Source: Fibrobacterota bacterium (GTDB taxonomy: Bacteria; Fibrobacterota; Fibrobacteria; UBA11236). From it: 64,000 bases of DNA. Of this stretch, positions 36,910 to 46,919 are shown in pieces (position 1 is the stretch's first letter; each line of letters opens with the position of its first letter). The DNA lies in NCBI GenBank assembly GCA_043753995.1, contig JAYUVP010000077.1:55-64054 (forward strand), given 5' to 3'. A program made the translations under genes and the position numbers. The notes beneath the pieces were generated by a model. It saw only the letters and a list, made by a program, of their open reading frames with translations, did not search any database and was not told where the DNA came from.

Positions 36910-37404
36910 GTGCATTCATCGCCACTTCAAACCATGGTCGATCGAGGCCAAAATCAATTACGCGGATTCACTATCCCGAGCGTAGTGGCATTCGCAGTTT
37001 TTGTGATTCTGGCACCGACGGCTCAAGCTGGTTCCCCGTCACGAGTCACCTTGGCGACCGCGCCAGAGCCTTTTTCAACACCCATTCCGGGCGCTAGTGG
37101 CGAAGGCAATAGCAAGCCTGGTCCTGAAGACTTAAGCGCACGGGGCCAAGAATTGGAAAACACCTTTTACGAAATCGAAGACACCCCACCCTACGGTAAT
37201 TTGCCTCCGCCAAAACCCGGCAATAATTCAACGCCGGTAAAAGGTTTGGAGGGTTTGAACGAAGGTAAGACAGGAATGTCTTGGTCCATGTGGGCCGCTG
37301 GAGCCGCTGGTATAGTTGGCCTGGGTGCCCTCGGTTATTTAGTGCTTACCGACGATCCGAATAAGTCTGCCGAACAGCACGTGCGGACCATTTCCGATAA
37401 GTAA
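36910..37404 (+). CDS. exported hypothetical protein with C-terminal TM anchor
   Basis: 164 aa. N-terminal hydrophobic segment and a C-terminal TM helix. Confidence 0.4.
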   Translation: MHSSPLQTMVDRGQNQLRGFTIPSVVAFAVFVILAPTAQAGSPSRVTLATAPEPFSTPIPGASGEGNSKPGPEDLSARGQELENTFYEIEDTPPYGNLPPPKPGNNSTPVKGLEGLNEGKTGMSWSMWAAGAAGIVGLGALGYLVLTDDPNKSAEQHVRTISDK

Positions 37405-37418
37405 GGGGATTTATCCCC

Positions 37419-39764
37419 ATGCCCTATTTATCTACCCGTCAAGCCCTCTTTTGGCTGAGCCTATTTTGTGGATTTTTTTGCTTCTTGCATTGTTCTGATC
37501 AAGGGCCGGCCACCGAGGAATATCTCACCTTCGATCTCAAGGACTCCTTAACCCTTTTTGATAGTGTCCAAATTGAATTGGTGAATCCCGACAATCCCAA
37601 TCAGGTTTACCAAGTCATACACGCGGGAAAACTAACCGACCCCACTTTGAACCATGCCAAGATCAAGGTTGCAATTCCGGGAAGCCCCTCCTATGTGATT
37701 CGCGTGCGCGGATGGATCGAGCAGGAGCTGGGCTGGGACATGCTCATCGTGAATGTGAACGGAAAAAATGTGGTGGTTAGTACCGCCTTGCCTCCCGTTC
37801 GACCTTATTTGGTGGACTTGGCGCAAATCAATCCTTCGGCGGGAACCCTGGAACCCGAATTTCAACCAGGTCGTGTAACCTATAGCCTGCCCATAGAAAT
37901 GCTCACTGATAGCCTTAGCCTCAAGGCCATCCCTGCCGATAATCGTGCGACGGTCACTATACGGAAAGGGCTCACGAATTTAGGCGGCGATTCGATTCGC
38001 ATGGCGGTTCCGGAAGGCAGTACGGAATTGACCGTCGATGTTTCCAATAAAGGCGATAAAAAGTCCGCCTACCGCATCACGGTATTAAGGCCCAATATTC
38101 CCGAACCTCGTTTGCGTAACCTGAAGGTTTCGGTCGGAACCTTGATGCCCTCCTTCAATGCCGAGGGAAATTGGTATTCCATGACCTTGCCCGATTCGGT
38201 GACGCGCCTTTCTTTTCCCGAATTTGTGCTCGACACCTTTGTCACCGCCATTGTCGGAGGCGACACCTTACAAAGGGGACAAAAACCGAACTCGGTGAAT
38301 CTGGTAACCGGTCCGAATGACATCAAAATCCGCGTATTCACCGGTCACAAATTTATGGATTATGTGCTTTCCATAACCGTTTTGGATGCACCTAAAATCG
38401 ATACCGTTGATACAAATGCGCCCCCACCGGTAAAAAATACACCTCCTCCCCGCTTGCTGGATTTGGAAATTCGCGAAGGAGCCATTTTACCGCTATTCAA
38501 TGACTTGACCTATCAATATGCCCTCACGGTGGGAGACAGCATTGAGGAGCTTCATTTCAAATCGCTTAAAGCGGACAGCTTTCAAGCAATCGTAATCTTG
38601 GGCGACACACTCTATGAAGGTGATTTACCCGATCCAATACCCATTGCGGAGGGATCGAATACCTTACGCATTTCGGCTATCAATGCTAAGGGCAAGGACA
38701 CCACCTATGTTCTCCATGTCACCCGCAAAGCGAAGCTCAGCTTTATGGGTTATAAGTATTCGGCCCGCATTCAATTAAATACCACGGCCACCGGTGCCAA
38801 TATCGGCACTCGCATCCTAGGCTTTGCCGTACCCATTCGCCTTCACCGCAATAATTTCAATTTCGCAACCTCCATTGCCGAAGGGCAGGATTTGCGTGTT
38901 TTCACTCCCGAAGGGAAGCCCCTGCCATTTGAAATCGAAAACTGGGATTCCGCAGGCAAAGAGGCCGCTCTCTGGGTTCGCTTTGACACCCTAGCAGCCA
39001 ATACCCAAAAGGATATGGCTTATCTCTGCTGGGGCAGCGACACCGTGAATTCATTAAGCCAACCTGCCGCGGTCTTTCCTCCTTCCGATGAATTCGCTGC
39101 GGTTTGGCATATGGGGAATGGCTTTGTAGACGCAACGGGGAATGGCAATACCGGCGCGGCTCAAGGCGGGGCTACCGCTTCGAATTCCGGGCTTCTTGGC
39201 CAGGCCCTCTTTTGCGACAGCGCAAGCGCCTTGGCCCAAGGCGTGAATTTTGGAAATAGCGCTAGTTTGAGTTCACTTACCACGGCCATACAAGTCGAAG
39301 GCTGGGTGAAGAGTAAACAGTTCAATATCGCAGCCTCGGTATTTAGGCATGAGTGGCATTTTAATGCTTTACGTCTTTTACCTAATGGCGGAGCGGCGAG
39401 CAGCTTCTACAATCTTTTTACAGATACATCCCAAGCCATGGACAAGCAAAAAAAAACGGAGTTTCCTTGGCGCGGAACCTGGAATGATAATGCTTGGCAT
39501 TATTTTGTGGCCCAATACGATGCCAATATTGGACTTTTCCTTTACTGGGACGGCAAGCTTAGCGCTACCCTTGGCGGCCAAGGAGGCCTCTTGGCCGCCA
39601 CCACAAAACCCTTTATGGTTGGCCTATCCGAAAGCGGAGATCAGCCCTTTCACGGCACGGTGGACGAAATACGTGTGAGCAAGGTCGCCCGCTCGGCAGC
39701 CTGGATTCAGCTTAACTATGAATCGCAAAAGCCTGATTCAAAACTGGTCACCGTCATTCCCTAA
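37419..39764 (+). CDS. large exported protein with cadherin-like beta-sandwich repeats and C-terminal LamG-like (concanavalin-type) domain
   Basis: Repeated L.NL.VS.GTL.P.F....Y motifs. C-terminal FHGTVDEIRVSKVARSAAWI is typical of the Laminin_G_3 domain. Confidence 0.55.
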   Translation: MPYLSTRQALFWLSLFCGFFCFLHCSDQGPATEEYLTFDLKDSLTLFDSVQIELVNPDNPNQVYQVIHAGKLTDPTLNHAKIKVAIPGSPSYVIRVRGWIEQELGWDMLIVNVNGKNVVVSTALPPVRPYLVDLAQINPSAGTLEPEFQPGRVTYSLPIEMLTDSLSLKAIPADNRATVTIRKGLTNLGGDSIRMAVPEGSTELTVDVSNKGDKKSAYRITVLRPNIPEPRLRNLKVSVGTLMPSFNAEGNWYSMTLPDSVTRLSFPEFVLDTFVTAIVGGDTLQRGQKPNSVNLVTGPNDIKIRVFTGHKFMDYVLSITVLDAPKIDTVDTNAPPPVKNTPPPRLLDLEIREGAILPLFNDLTYQYALTVGDSIEELHFKSLKADSFQAIVILGDTLYEGDLPDPIPIAEGSNTLRISAINAKGKDTTYVLHVTRKAKLSFMGYKYSARIQLNTTATGANIGTRILGFAVPIRLHRNNFNFATSIAEGQDLRVFTPEGKPLPFEIENWDSAGKEAALWVRFDTLAANTQKDMAYLCWGSDTVNSLSQPAAVFPPSDEFAAVWHMGNGFVDATGNGNTGAAQGGATASNSGLLGQALFCDSASALAQGVNFGNSASLSSLTTAIQVEGWVKSKQFNIAASVFRHEWHFNALRLLPNGGAASSFYNLFTDTSQAMDKQKKTEFPWRGTWNDNAWHYFVAQYDANIGLFLYWDGKLSATLGGQGGLLAATTKPFMVGLSESGDQPFHGTVDEIRVSKVARSAAWIQLNYESQKPDSKLVTVIP

Positions 39765-40488
39765 AGGATTTGGATAGCAGGCGTCCATCGGGAAAGCGGC
39801 GCGGCTTGATAGTCCCTGCGGCTTTGGTAGCATGTTTCTGAACCCCTTTGCGCGCGAAACTTCGGCTGCGTATACCCGCGACATCGCACCAACCCTCGCT
39901 CGACAAGTCCGCGCCGCTTCCGCAAATATCTTCCGGGGCATGCCTGAAATATTGACTTATGAATTGACGAAAGGCCGCGCTATCGAGGCAATCGGAGCTC
40001 AGGGAATGCCCCCAGGCAAGAACGGCGAAGCGCGAGCGCAATAGGGTATCCGGCGCAAGGATGGCGCGTCGATCGGTGGGAGCGCAAGTCGCGCTCTCTG
40101 AAGGCAAAGTTTTAACCAAGGCGCGCAGCTGCTGCAATTCATCAGCGCATCCCTCGGGACAACGATAAAGCAAGACAATGGCGCCATGCTCCAAATTGTG
40201 TAGCCAAAAGCCGGCTGGCACCGGTTGCGAATATTCTTTGAGCGCCGCCCAAATCCCGTAGTGATTTCCCGAAACTGGGGGATATTCTGGCTGGGGAATT
40301 TGCGAGCAGGCGCTCAAATGAGCCGCCGTACGCTCCGGCGCATCAAAAACATTGAGCTTGCAAAGATTTGAGGTTTGACCCAAAACCGAAATCACTGGAG
40401 CCAGCATCAGGAATGGAAAAGTCAAGAAAATGGGGCGCAACATGTAGGACAAACCTAAGCAAAAAGAAGGGGCTCGACGCCCCTTCAC
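39754..40488 (-). CDS. exported DUF3105-like protein
   Basis: Probable start MLRPIFLTF at about 40443. LHNLEHGAIVLLY motif. Confidence 0.45.
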   Translation of the reverse strand: MKGRRAPSFCLGLSYMLRPIFLTFPFLMLAPVISVLGQTSNLCKLNVFDAPERTAAHLSACSQIPQPEYPPVSGNHYGIWAALKEYSQPVPAGFWLHNLEHGAIVLLYRCPEGCADELQQLRALVKTLPSESATCAPTDRRAILAPDTLLRSRFAVLAWGHSLSSDCLDSAAFRQFISQYFRHAPEDICGSGADLSSEGWCDVAGIRSRSFARKGVQKHATKAAGTIKPRRFPDGRLLSKSFRE

Positions 40489-40508
40489 TAACCAAAACTT
40501 GATGGTGA

Positions 40509-40907
40509 TTACTTCTTGGCCAAGGTGCGAATATAGGCCACGACGCCTTTGATTTCATCCGGTTTCAAAGTGGTACCCCAAGGGGACATCAGGGGGGACA
40601 AATTATTGGCGGCGCCACCTTCCACCACAACCTTGGTCAATACCGAATCCGTGCGGCCCGTCATATAGGCTGCATCGGTGAAATTACGCGGCTTGGGATT
40701 CAAGGCCGCTGCGGCCACACCGTCACCTGCTCCGCTGGCACCATGACAGCTGACACAATACATCTCATAGGCCTTTTTGCCTTTTTCTAATTCGGCCTTG
40801 GAAACCGCCGGCTTTGCGGCCTTGGCTTTTGCCGCCGGTTTCTTTTCCGAGGCAAAGGACAAGCCAATCGCCAAAGTGGCGATGATTGCAATCAGTTTTT
40901 TATTCAT
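40509..40907 (-). CDS. class I c-type cytochrome
   Basis: CVSCH heme motif. Signal peptide. ATG at 40907 preceded by AAAGGAG. Confidence 0.7.
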   Translation of the reverse strand: MNKKLIAIIATLAIGLSFASEKKPAAKAKAAKPAVSKAELEKGKKAYEMYCVSCHGASGAGDGVAAAALNPKPRNFTDAAYMTGRTDSVLTKVVVEGGAANNLSPLMSPWGTTLKPDEIKGVVAYIRTLAKK

Positions 40908-40969
40908 CCGAACTCCTTTTCGTCTTTGACGATTTTGCTTCACTCAGGACCCTTTGAAAACGTAGTCGC

Positions 40970-43900
40970 TTAACCCACATGGAAATTTCCGCTTTGCTGC
41001 CAATAATTCATGGCATCGGCAAGATTGTCGCCCTCAATTTGAGTTTGACCCAGGGATTTTGCGCGCTTTTCAATTTCCTTCATGACTATACCCCGAATAA
41101 AGGAAGGGATTTTCATGGCTCGTGCCATGGCCTCTTCACTCCAGGGCATGGTCACCACCTGCTTGGCGCTGCCATCTCCCCAACTTTCATATTTATCCCC
41201 CATCACGGAAAAATCCACATTCACTTGGCCATGGGCTCGCGCCCATTTTTCCACGCGAAGACGAGTCATTTCTCGCATAAATCCTTCGGGTACGCGCTGC
41301 AAGCGAGATAAAGCGTCTTCATTCCAATACAGCATTTGCGTAGCGGAGGCGGAAGCCGCGTGGCGTTTTTCTGGGGAGAGGGCCATGAAAACCGATTTAC
41401 CGCAATTGGGGCAAGCATGGGGTTTCTCACCATCGAGGACAAGGCCACAAAGATGGCATTCCCAATGCACCGAGGCCTCAGCAATCTTTTCGGTTTCGTG
41501 TGGCTTGGCTTCGCCTAGGCCCTTGGAGGCCATGGCCTCACGCATGATTTCTCGCGCCTGGCCTAAACCCGCCTCGATGATTTCGAGGGTCACCGTGCCA
41601 AGTCCGCCTTGACGAGCATGCTTTTCAATGGTGCTCTTGGCGGCATGACGCATGAAGCCAGCAGGGACTTTTTCCAAACGCTGTAGCGCGGTCTCGGTCC
41701 AAAGCAATTCACCGATCGTGGTGGCGGGAGCCGGGGCGGCAGTAGGTGCAGGGGCGGCCATTGCCGAGGTTGCGGAATTCGATCCGAAGTGAGACACACC
41801 CAGCGCGGCTTCAACTCTTTCCAAGGTGACGCTGGACTGATGGTCGGCCATGGCTCGCTTCTCGATGCGATTGCGCAATTGCTGACGCTCAAAGGCATCA
41901 CTGACTTGGTCCAGCCTCCCCAAGGCTTGAGGGTCCCAACGAAGCTGACGCTCGCCCAAGGTATTCTGGGTTTCGCCAGTAGCCCCCGGAGCATCGCCCA
42001 TCAATTTGAATAGTGTTCCATCACGCCCACAAACCGGGCAGCTTTGGGGACGCAGGTTTTGATGCACATAACCGCATATGGGACAGCGATAGCTGAGAGA
42101 AATGGTGTCGAGATTGGCAGACTCGGCTTTTTGCTTGGCTTCCAAATTGAGCCCCATGCGCGCCAAGGCTTCGGCGGGCAAAATGGCCTTGAGGGCGGCA
42201 TGCAATATCGCCTCACTGACCACGGTATGGCCTTCGGCAATGCAATAATTCGCGATGGCCTTCATAGCCATAGGCCTCGCCATGGCAGGAACACCCTCCA
42301 GTTTGGCCTTGGCCTCGACCGTCCAAGCCACGGTCTCTTCGGCTTGAAATTCCACTGGAGGCTTGGCCTTGGACTCGGTCACCAAAACATTGAAACCGCA
42401 TTGACGCAAAATATTTTCGGTATTGCTGCCTAGGTCCATGCCTTCTTCGCTATGAAATCCGGTTCGCCCAAGCACCACCAACCAAGGCTGTAGGCTCTCG
42501 GTGAATTGCAGGATTTTTTCGAAAGGCTTGCCGTCCAGCAGGCGAGTCTCCACGGTGAGGTTTTCGCGTTCGGCGAGCCGCGCTGCGATATTCAGATAGC
42601 TCTGATAAATTTTAGCGAGGCCCGAATCGATAATGTCCTCATGCAGCTTTTCCTGCTCTTCGAACTTGAAAACCTTTCGGGCTTTATCGGTTAACGCGGT
42701 ATTCAAGCTCTTGAACATGGCATAGTGAAAATAAGGATCGAATGCGGACACCGCAATAATGCGCTTGCCGAAAGCTTTGGCGAGGGCAAAGGCACGGTAC
42801 AATCCACCCCAACTGCGCTCGCTACCGTCTAAACAAACAACGATTGCGTCGCCATGATTTTCTTCCTCGGTCCGCTTGACCACGAGAAAATCGCGGGCCA
42901 CGCGGCGCAAGGTGCGCTCGGTCACGGATCCCAATTGCGAACGCCCCACGCGGCCAATGCCGAAGCCTCCGAAGGCGATTAAGTCATGCGAATGGCCATT
43001 GATGTCCTCGACCAGCTTTTGCCAGTTTTTTCCTTCAAGGGAAACGGGTACATAGCTCAGGCCTTCGCGCGCACAGGCTTTGGCCATGACTTCCAAATAG
43101 GAATCCGTGATGAGTTCCAACCCTTTAGTGATCAAGCTATCGTGAATTTTCCTTTGCTTCTCCAATTCCTGCTCTTGCTGATATTCTGGAGGCAAACCAC
43201 CTTCCATGGCACGGAAGCGATTGTCATGCATTTTCGCGGCATAGACATGGCTGCCATGCAATTTCGCGTCGAAGACCTGGCCCATTTTCACCGCGATTTC
43301 CGTTGCGGCATTTGCCAAGGGCGAGGAATCGAGCCCGACATAAACGCTACGATAGCGCGTCAAATCGACTGCTTCACCCTGTGAGTTCGAGGGCGAAGGG
43401 GATGGAGTAGGGGTCGCTGGCTTTGAAGAATGATCGGCCAAGGGAGTCGGCGCGCCTCCATGCTTCGCATCTTCATCAGGACCCTGGCGTTCCATCACTT
43501 CACGAGCTTCTCGCACCACTTGCTGGGTGATGCGTTTGAAGTCGCGACGGCGCGCATATTTTTCAATTTGCTCGGTGATGAATTGACGAATCATGCCGGG
43601 AGCGCGATTCACCGACTCCATGGCATCGGCATCCCATTCCAAACCGCCATGGCTGGGTAAATGCACGATATTGTTCGTTTTTTCAGGGACACGGAAAGGC
43701 GTTTTGTCCTGAACTTGATTTACCCAAAGGATATAGGCATGAGGAAATTCATGCTGCGCAATATGAAAGCTATCGAATTCGAACATGGTCCGCGCCAAAC
43801 GAATGAATTCATGGCGAGGATCTTCAGGGCCAATGACTTCCACGACGGTATCGACTTGAAAACTCATATAGTCCGGGGCATTCCCCGTATAATGTAAGGA

Positions 43901-44413
43901 CGCCACCGGATTGCGACGCAAATTCTGATAGGTGGTGCGCTCGAATATTTCCAAAGTCGTCAAGGCACGATAATCAATCACATCACGACGAAAATAAAAT
44001 TTGGAAACCGCCTGAATACGCTCAGCTAGCGATTCTTGCCAGGGGCGGCCCTTGGTTTTTTCCATGATGCCGCGAAAGAGGTGAATATAATGCTGCAAAT
44101 ATTGGGGCTTGGGAATGAGACCCACGCCTTTATTTGAACAGTTGAAAGGGAAATCCTTGCTTTCATTGAAGGTCACCATGACCGGTAAATGCGAGGCGTG
44201 GAAAAGGGGGGCGCCTTTCAGCAATAATTTATCGTAAACACCGCGACGCCCTTGCTCTAGCCAGGCAATGACATTTTCAGGCAAGGGCATCAAGGGCAAT
44301 TCACGCTCCCCCCCGAGTAATGGCGCGGTCACGGTATTCTCACCGACTCGAACTTGCGGCTGGGGCAAGGCCCCCCTTTCAGTATCCGTCCAAGGCAATT
44401 TCTGCGCGCTCAT
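40970..44413 (-). CDS. 1147-aa multidomain protein: N-terminal domain of unknown fold, tandem universal-stress-protein-like domains, two rubredoxin-like zinc ribbons and about five PCP_red-like repeats
   Basis: Zinc ribbons CPICGYV..CPVCG and CHLCGLV..CPNCG. Repeated W(T/N/S).EA..RL.R.P.F.R......E..A...G motif recurs at least four times. Confidence 0.5.
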   Translation of the reverse strand: MSAQKLPWTDTERGALPQPQVRVGENTVTAPLLGGERELPLMPLPENVIAWLEQGRRGVYDKLLLKGAPLFHASHLPVMVTFNESKDFPFNCSNKGVGLIPKPQYLQHYIHLFRGIMEKTKGRPWQESLAERIQAVSKFYFRRDVIDYRALTTLEIFERTTYQNLRRNPVASLHYTGNAPDYMSFQVDTVVEVIGPEDPRHEFIRLARTMFEFDSFHIAQHEFPHAYILWVNQVQDKTPFRVPEKTNNIVHLPSHGGLEWDADAMESVNRAPGMIRQFITEQIEKYARRRDFKRITQQVVREAREVMERQGPDEDAKHGGAPTPLADHSSKPATPTPSPSPSNSQGEAVDLTRYRSVYVGLDSSPLANAATEIAVKMGQVFDAKLHGSHVYAAKMHDNRFRAMEGGLPPEYQQEQELEKQRKIHDSLITKGLELITDSYLEVMAKACAREGLSYVPVSLEGKNWQKLVEDINGHSHDLIAFGGFGIGRVGRSQLGSVTERTLRRVARDFLVVKRTEEENHGDAIVVCLDGSERSWGGLYRAFALAKAFGKRIIAVSAFDPYFHYAMFKSLNTALTDKARKVFKFEEQEKLHEDIIDSGLAKIYQSYLNIAARLAERENLTVETRLLDGKPFEKILQFTESLQPWLVVLGRTGFHSEEGMDLGSNTENILRQCGFNVLVTESKAKPPVEFQAEETVAWTVEAKAKLEGVPAMARPMAMKAIANYCIAEGHTVVSEAILHAALKAILPAEALARMGLNLEAKQKAESANLDTISLSYRCPICGYVHQNLRPQSCPVCGRDGTLFKLMGDAPGATGETQNTLGERQLRWDPQALGRLDQVSDAFERQQLRNRIEKRAMADHQSSVTLERVEAALGVSHFGSNSATSAMAAPAPTAAPAPATTIGELLWTETALQRLEKVPAGFMRHAAKSTIEKHARQGGLGTVTLEIIEAGLGQAREIMREAMASKGLGEAKPHETEKIAEASVHWECHLCGLVLDGEKPHACPNCGKSVFMALSPEKRHAASASATQMLYWNEDALSRLQRVPEGFMREMTRLRVEKWARAHGQVNVDFSVMGDKYESWGDGSAKQVVTMPWSEEAMARAMKIPSFIRGIVMKEIEKRAKSLGQTQIEGDNLADAMNYWQQSGNFHVG

Positions 44414-45768
44414 GAAGCACTCCGATGAATTTGATTTTCCATATTGACTTTAGCGTTTGGCTTGGGCATGTCGGCGCGCAGCGAGCCGAGCATGGCGCGA
44501 ACAAAGGCGGGAGGTTCGGATCCGGCGTCAAAGCCCAGGCCGTATTTGGCTTGGGACTCAGCGCGATGCCTTTCCATCATAGCCACCGTGATGGGTGCTC
44601 TTTCCCGCTTGGACCTTTCTTCGAGGCGTTTTCTTACCAGTGATCGAATAAATAGAGGCAAGCGTTTGAGGCGTTCCTGCGCTTCCTGAGTCCACATCGC
44701 CTCGAATTCCCCTGCCTCTCGCAGCGGCTGAATCACAATTCCACCCTTAGGCTGATAATCGCAATTGGGATCTTCTCCCATCAGTACGCCGGTTTGCGCA
44801 AGCGCGCGGGCTCGACATCCCCCGCAAAGCAATTTGTATTCGCAGGCACCGCAACGTCCTTGCAATAGTTCCGGCTTGCGAAAGCTTTGGAACAAAACCG
44901 ATTCATCCCAGACTTTCCAAAAACCTTCGCGCAACAAATGCCCGCCGGATAATTCCATATACGGGCAGGGAGTGATATCCCCTTCCGGAGTGATGCGTGC
45001 ATAATGCGTCGCCGCGGGACAGCCGCCGCCATCATAACCTTCGGCGCGCGTGAAAGACGATTGCGCATCGGCTTCATAGAGTATGCGCTTGAAATGCGGA
45101 GTGCATCGGCTTTGCACCATGAGGCCAGGCATTTCCTTCTGAATGCGCACGATGCGCATCAAGGCTTGTTCGTACTCAGCTGGCTCCAAATCCAAGGCGG
45201 GATTGCCACGGCCCACACAAACCAAGAAAAAGAAATTCACCAAGGAAGCGCCGAGGTCTTTCGCCATCAAGGCGACATCTTCCATCTCGCCATGATTGTG
45301 GCGTGTGACCGTGAAATGCACTTGGGCATGCACGCCATGCTTGGCACAAAGACGAATCGACTCGCAAGTCTTTTCAAAAGCACCCGTGACGCCACGAAAG
45401 GCATCATGCCCCGCGGGATGGGAAGCATCCAGGGAAATTCCGGCGCCTTGCAAGCCGGCCTCTTTCAAAGCGAGCAAGCGTTCTTCATTCAGCAAAAGGC
45501 CATTGGTGCCGAGGACCATGCGCAAACCCGCTTGCGAACCCGCAGAGACAAGCCGAACAAGGTCATAGCGCAGCAAAGGCTCACCACCGGTGAGGACCAC
45601 CATGGTGCCTGGCGCCCTTTCGGCCAAGGAAAGGAAGAATCGCTCCCAATCCTCAGTCGATAATTCCCCGGATCGCGTCGCCATACGCGAATTCGCGTCG
45701 AGATAACAATGGTGGCATGCCAGATTGCATCGTCGCGTAAGGTTGGCCGCCACCAAATAAGGCAACAT
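44410..45768 (-). CDS. radical SAM enzyme with SPASM-type auxiliary cluster domain and C-terminal PCP_red-like tail
   Basis: CNLACHHC (CxxxCxxC). Additional Cys clusters (CGACEYKLLCGGC). C-terminal WTQEAQERLKRLPLFIRSLVRKRLEE matches the repeat of the downstream giant protein. Confidence 0.7.
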   Translation of the reverse strand: MLPYLVAANLTRRCNLACHHCYLDANSRMATRSGELSTEDWERFFLSLAERAPGTMVVLTGGEPLLRYDLVRLVSAGSQAGLRMVLGTNGLLLNEERLLALKEAGLQGAGISLDASHPAGHDAFRGVTGAFEKTCESIRLCAKHGVHAQVHFTVTRHNHGEMEDVALMAKDLGASLVNFFFLVCVGRGNPALDLEPAEYEQALMRIVRIQKEMPGLMVQSRCTPHFKRILYEADAQSSFTRAEGYDGGGCPAATHYARITPEGDITPCPYMELSGGHLLREGFWKVWDESVLFQSFRKPELLQGRCGACEYKLLCGGCRARALAQTGVLMGEDPNCDYQPKGGIVIQPLREAGEFEAMWTQEAQERLKRLPLFIRSLVRKRLEERSKRERAPITVAMMERHRAESQAKYGLGFDAGSEPPAFVRAMLGSLRADMPKPNAKVNMENQIHRSAS

Positions 45769-45770
45769 GT

Positions 45771-46919
45771 TTAGAAATACACCTGCACGCGTCCCACGAT
45801 TTGATCCTGGTTGTCGCCGCCGACTTGAGGCTCGAAATCGTTGATGCGGTAATACAAGCCTAGTTGCACAAATTGCACGGGATAAGGCTCGACTCCTACG
45901 GTGATACGTCGCCGCCCATTATGCTCTTGCGCCCTTTTGTCGGGGGTCATCCACTCGAATACCCCCTTGAAGTTGAGGCCGCGCATGGGCAGACAATCCA
46001 CCTCGGCATAGTCCGCGATCATGTTAACGCCTTTCTTTTGAATCAGGTCACGCTCCCCAAAGACGGTGAACATGCCCATGGCGAAACCGCCGAATACACC
46101 CATGCTTGTGTTTTTAGCTCGTCTCTCCTTTACCTTGACCGGCAAGCTATAAGATCCGCCAAGGCGGAAGGTCCGCAATGCTATGGGCATTTCGCTGAAG
46201 ATGACCGATCCCACCGAGGAAATCAAATTGTCATTGGCATTGACGATGAGGGAAAGCGGGCCGGGTTCGATGCCGACTTCATAACTCATTCCGGTAGTAT
46301 TATAGGTATAGCCTGTATACTTACGCACGAAGGCTTCATCGTCCATAAGGCGAATGCCATAAGGCAATAGCATTTTACCCGCTTTGGCATAGGAATTCCA
46401 AAAGGGACTTTGCACCATGCCCCACATTTCACGCATAGCACCCGATAAGGCGCCTTGATCATAATAGAAGGTGAGAAAATCCTTTACTAAATCCACCTGA
46501 AAATAAAAGTTGGATTCTTTCACCGGAGCGGAAACAAAATCCGAGGAATAGGTTTGGGCCGAATCACCCACATTCACTGGCTTGGTTGTATAGGCCTGAG
46601 TGAAAGTCGGTTCGACGCGAAAGTTTGCGCCTACGGAAACCGAATTGGATAAGTTGGGATCAAAGCTATAAGCCTGCTTCTGGCTCTGCGCTGATTTCAT
46701 GAGCAATTGATATTGGGAGTAAATGACTCCGTATTCCGTGCGCTTGCCGCCACCGGTGCGATTGACATGGCATTGACTGCATTTGAAGCCGGTGCGCATG
46801 GCGAAATAGGGTTCGGCACTGACATTCCACGCCGCCGCCAAAACCCATCCGACGAGCCAAAACCAAACAGGACGCATTTTTTTCCCTCTCGATTTATGAA
46901 TGCCCATGCCCATATTCAT
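45771..46919 (-). CDS. exported protein with single CxxCH heme motif and beta-barrel-like C-terminus (possible outer-membrane heme protein)
   Basis: Signal peptide. CSQCH about 25 residues after the signal. Alternating hydrophobic pattern. C-terminal ..RVQVYF. Confidence 0.4.
   Translation of the reverse strand: MNMGMGIHKSRGKKMRPVWFWLVGWVLAAAWNVSAEPYFAMRTGFKCSQCHVNRTGGGKRTEYGVIYSQYQLLMKSAQSQKQAYSFDPNLSNSVSVGANFRVEPTFTQAYTTKPVNVGDSAQTYSSDFVSAPVKESNFYFQVDLVKDFLTFYYDQGALSGAMREMWGMVQSPFWNSYAKAGKMLLPYGIRLMDDEAFVRKYTGYTYNTTGMSYEVGIEPGPLSLIVNANDNLISSVGSVIFSEMPIALRTFRLGGSYSLPVKVKERRAKNTSMGVFGGFAMGMFTVFGERDLIQKKGVNMIADYAEVDCLPMRGLNFKGVFEWMTPDKRAQEHNGRRRITVGVEPYPVQFVQLGLYYRINDFEPQVGGDNQDQIVGRVQVYF

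Noticed and set aside
42044-43897. Multiple plus-strand ORFs opposite the 1147-aa gene
   Set aside because: Antisense shadows in a long GC-rich CDS.
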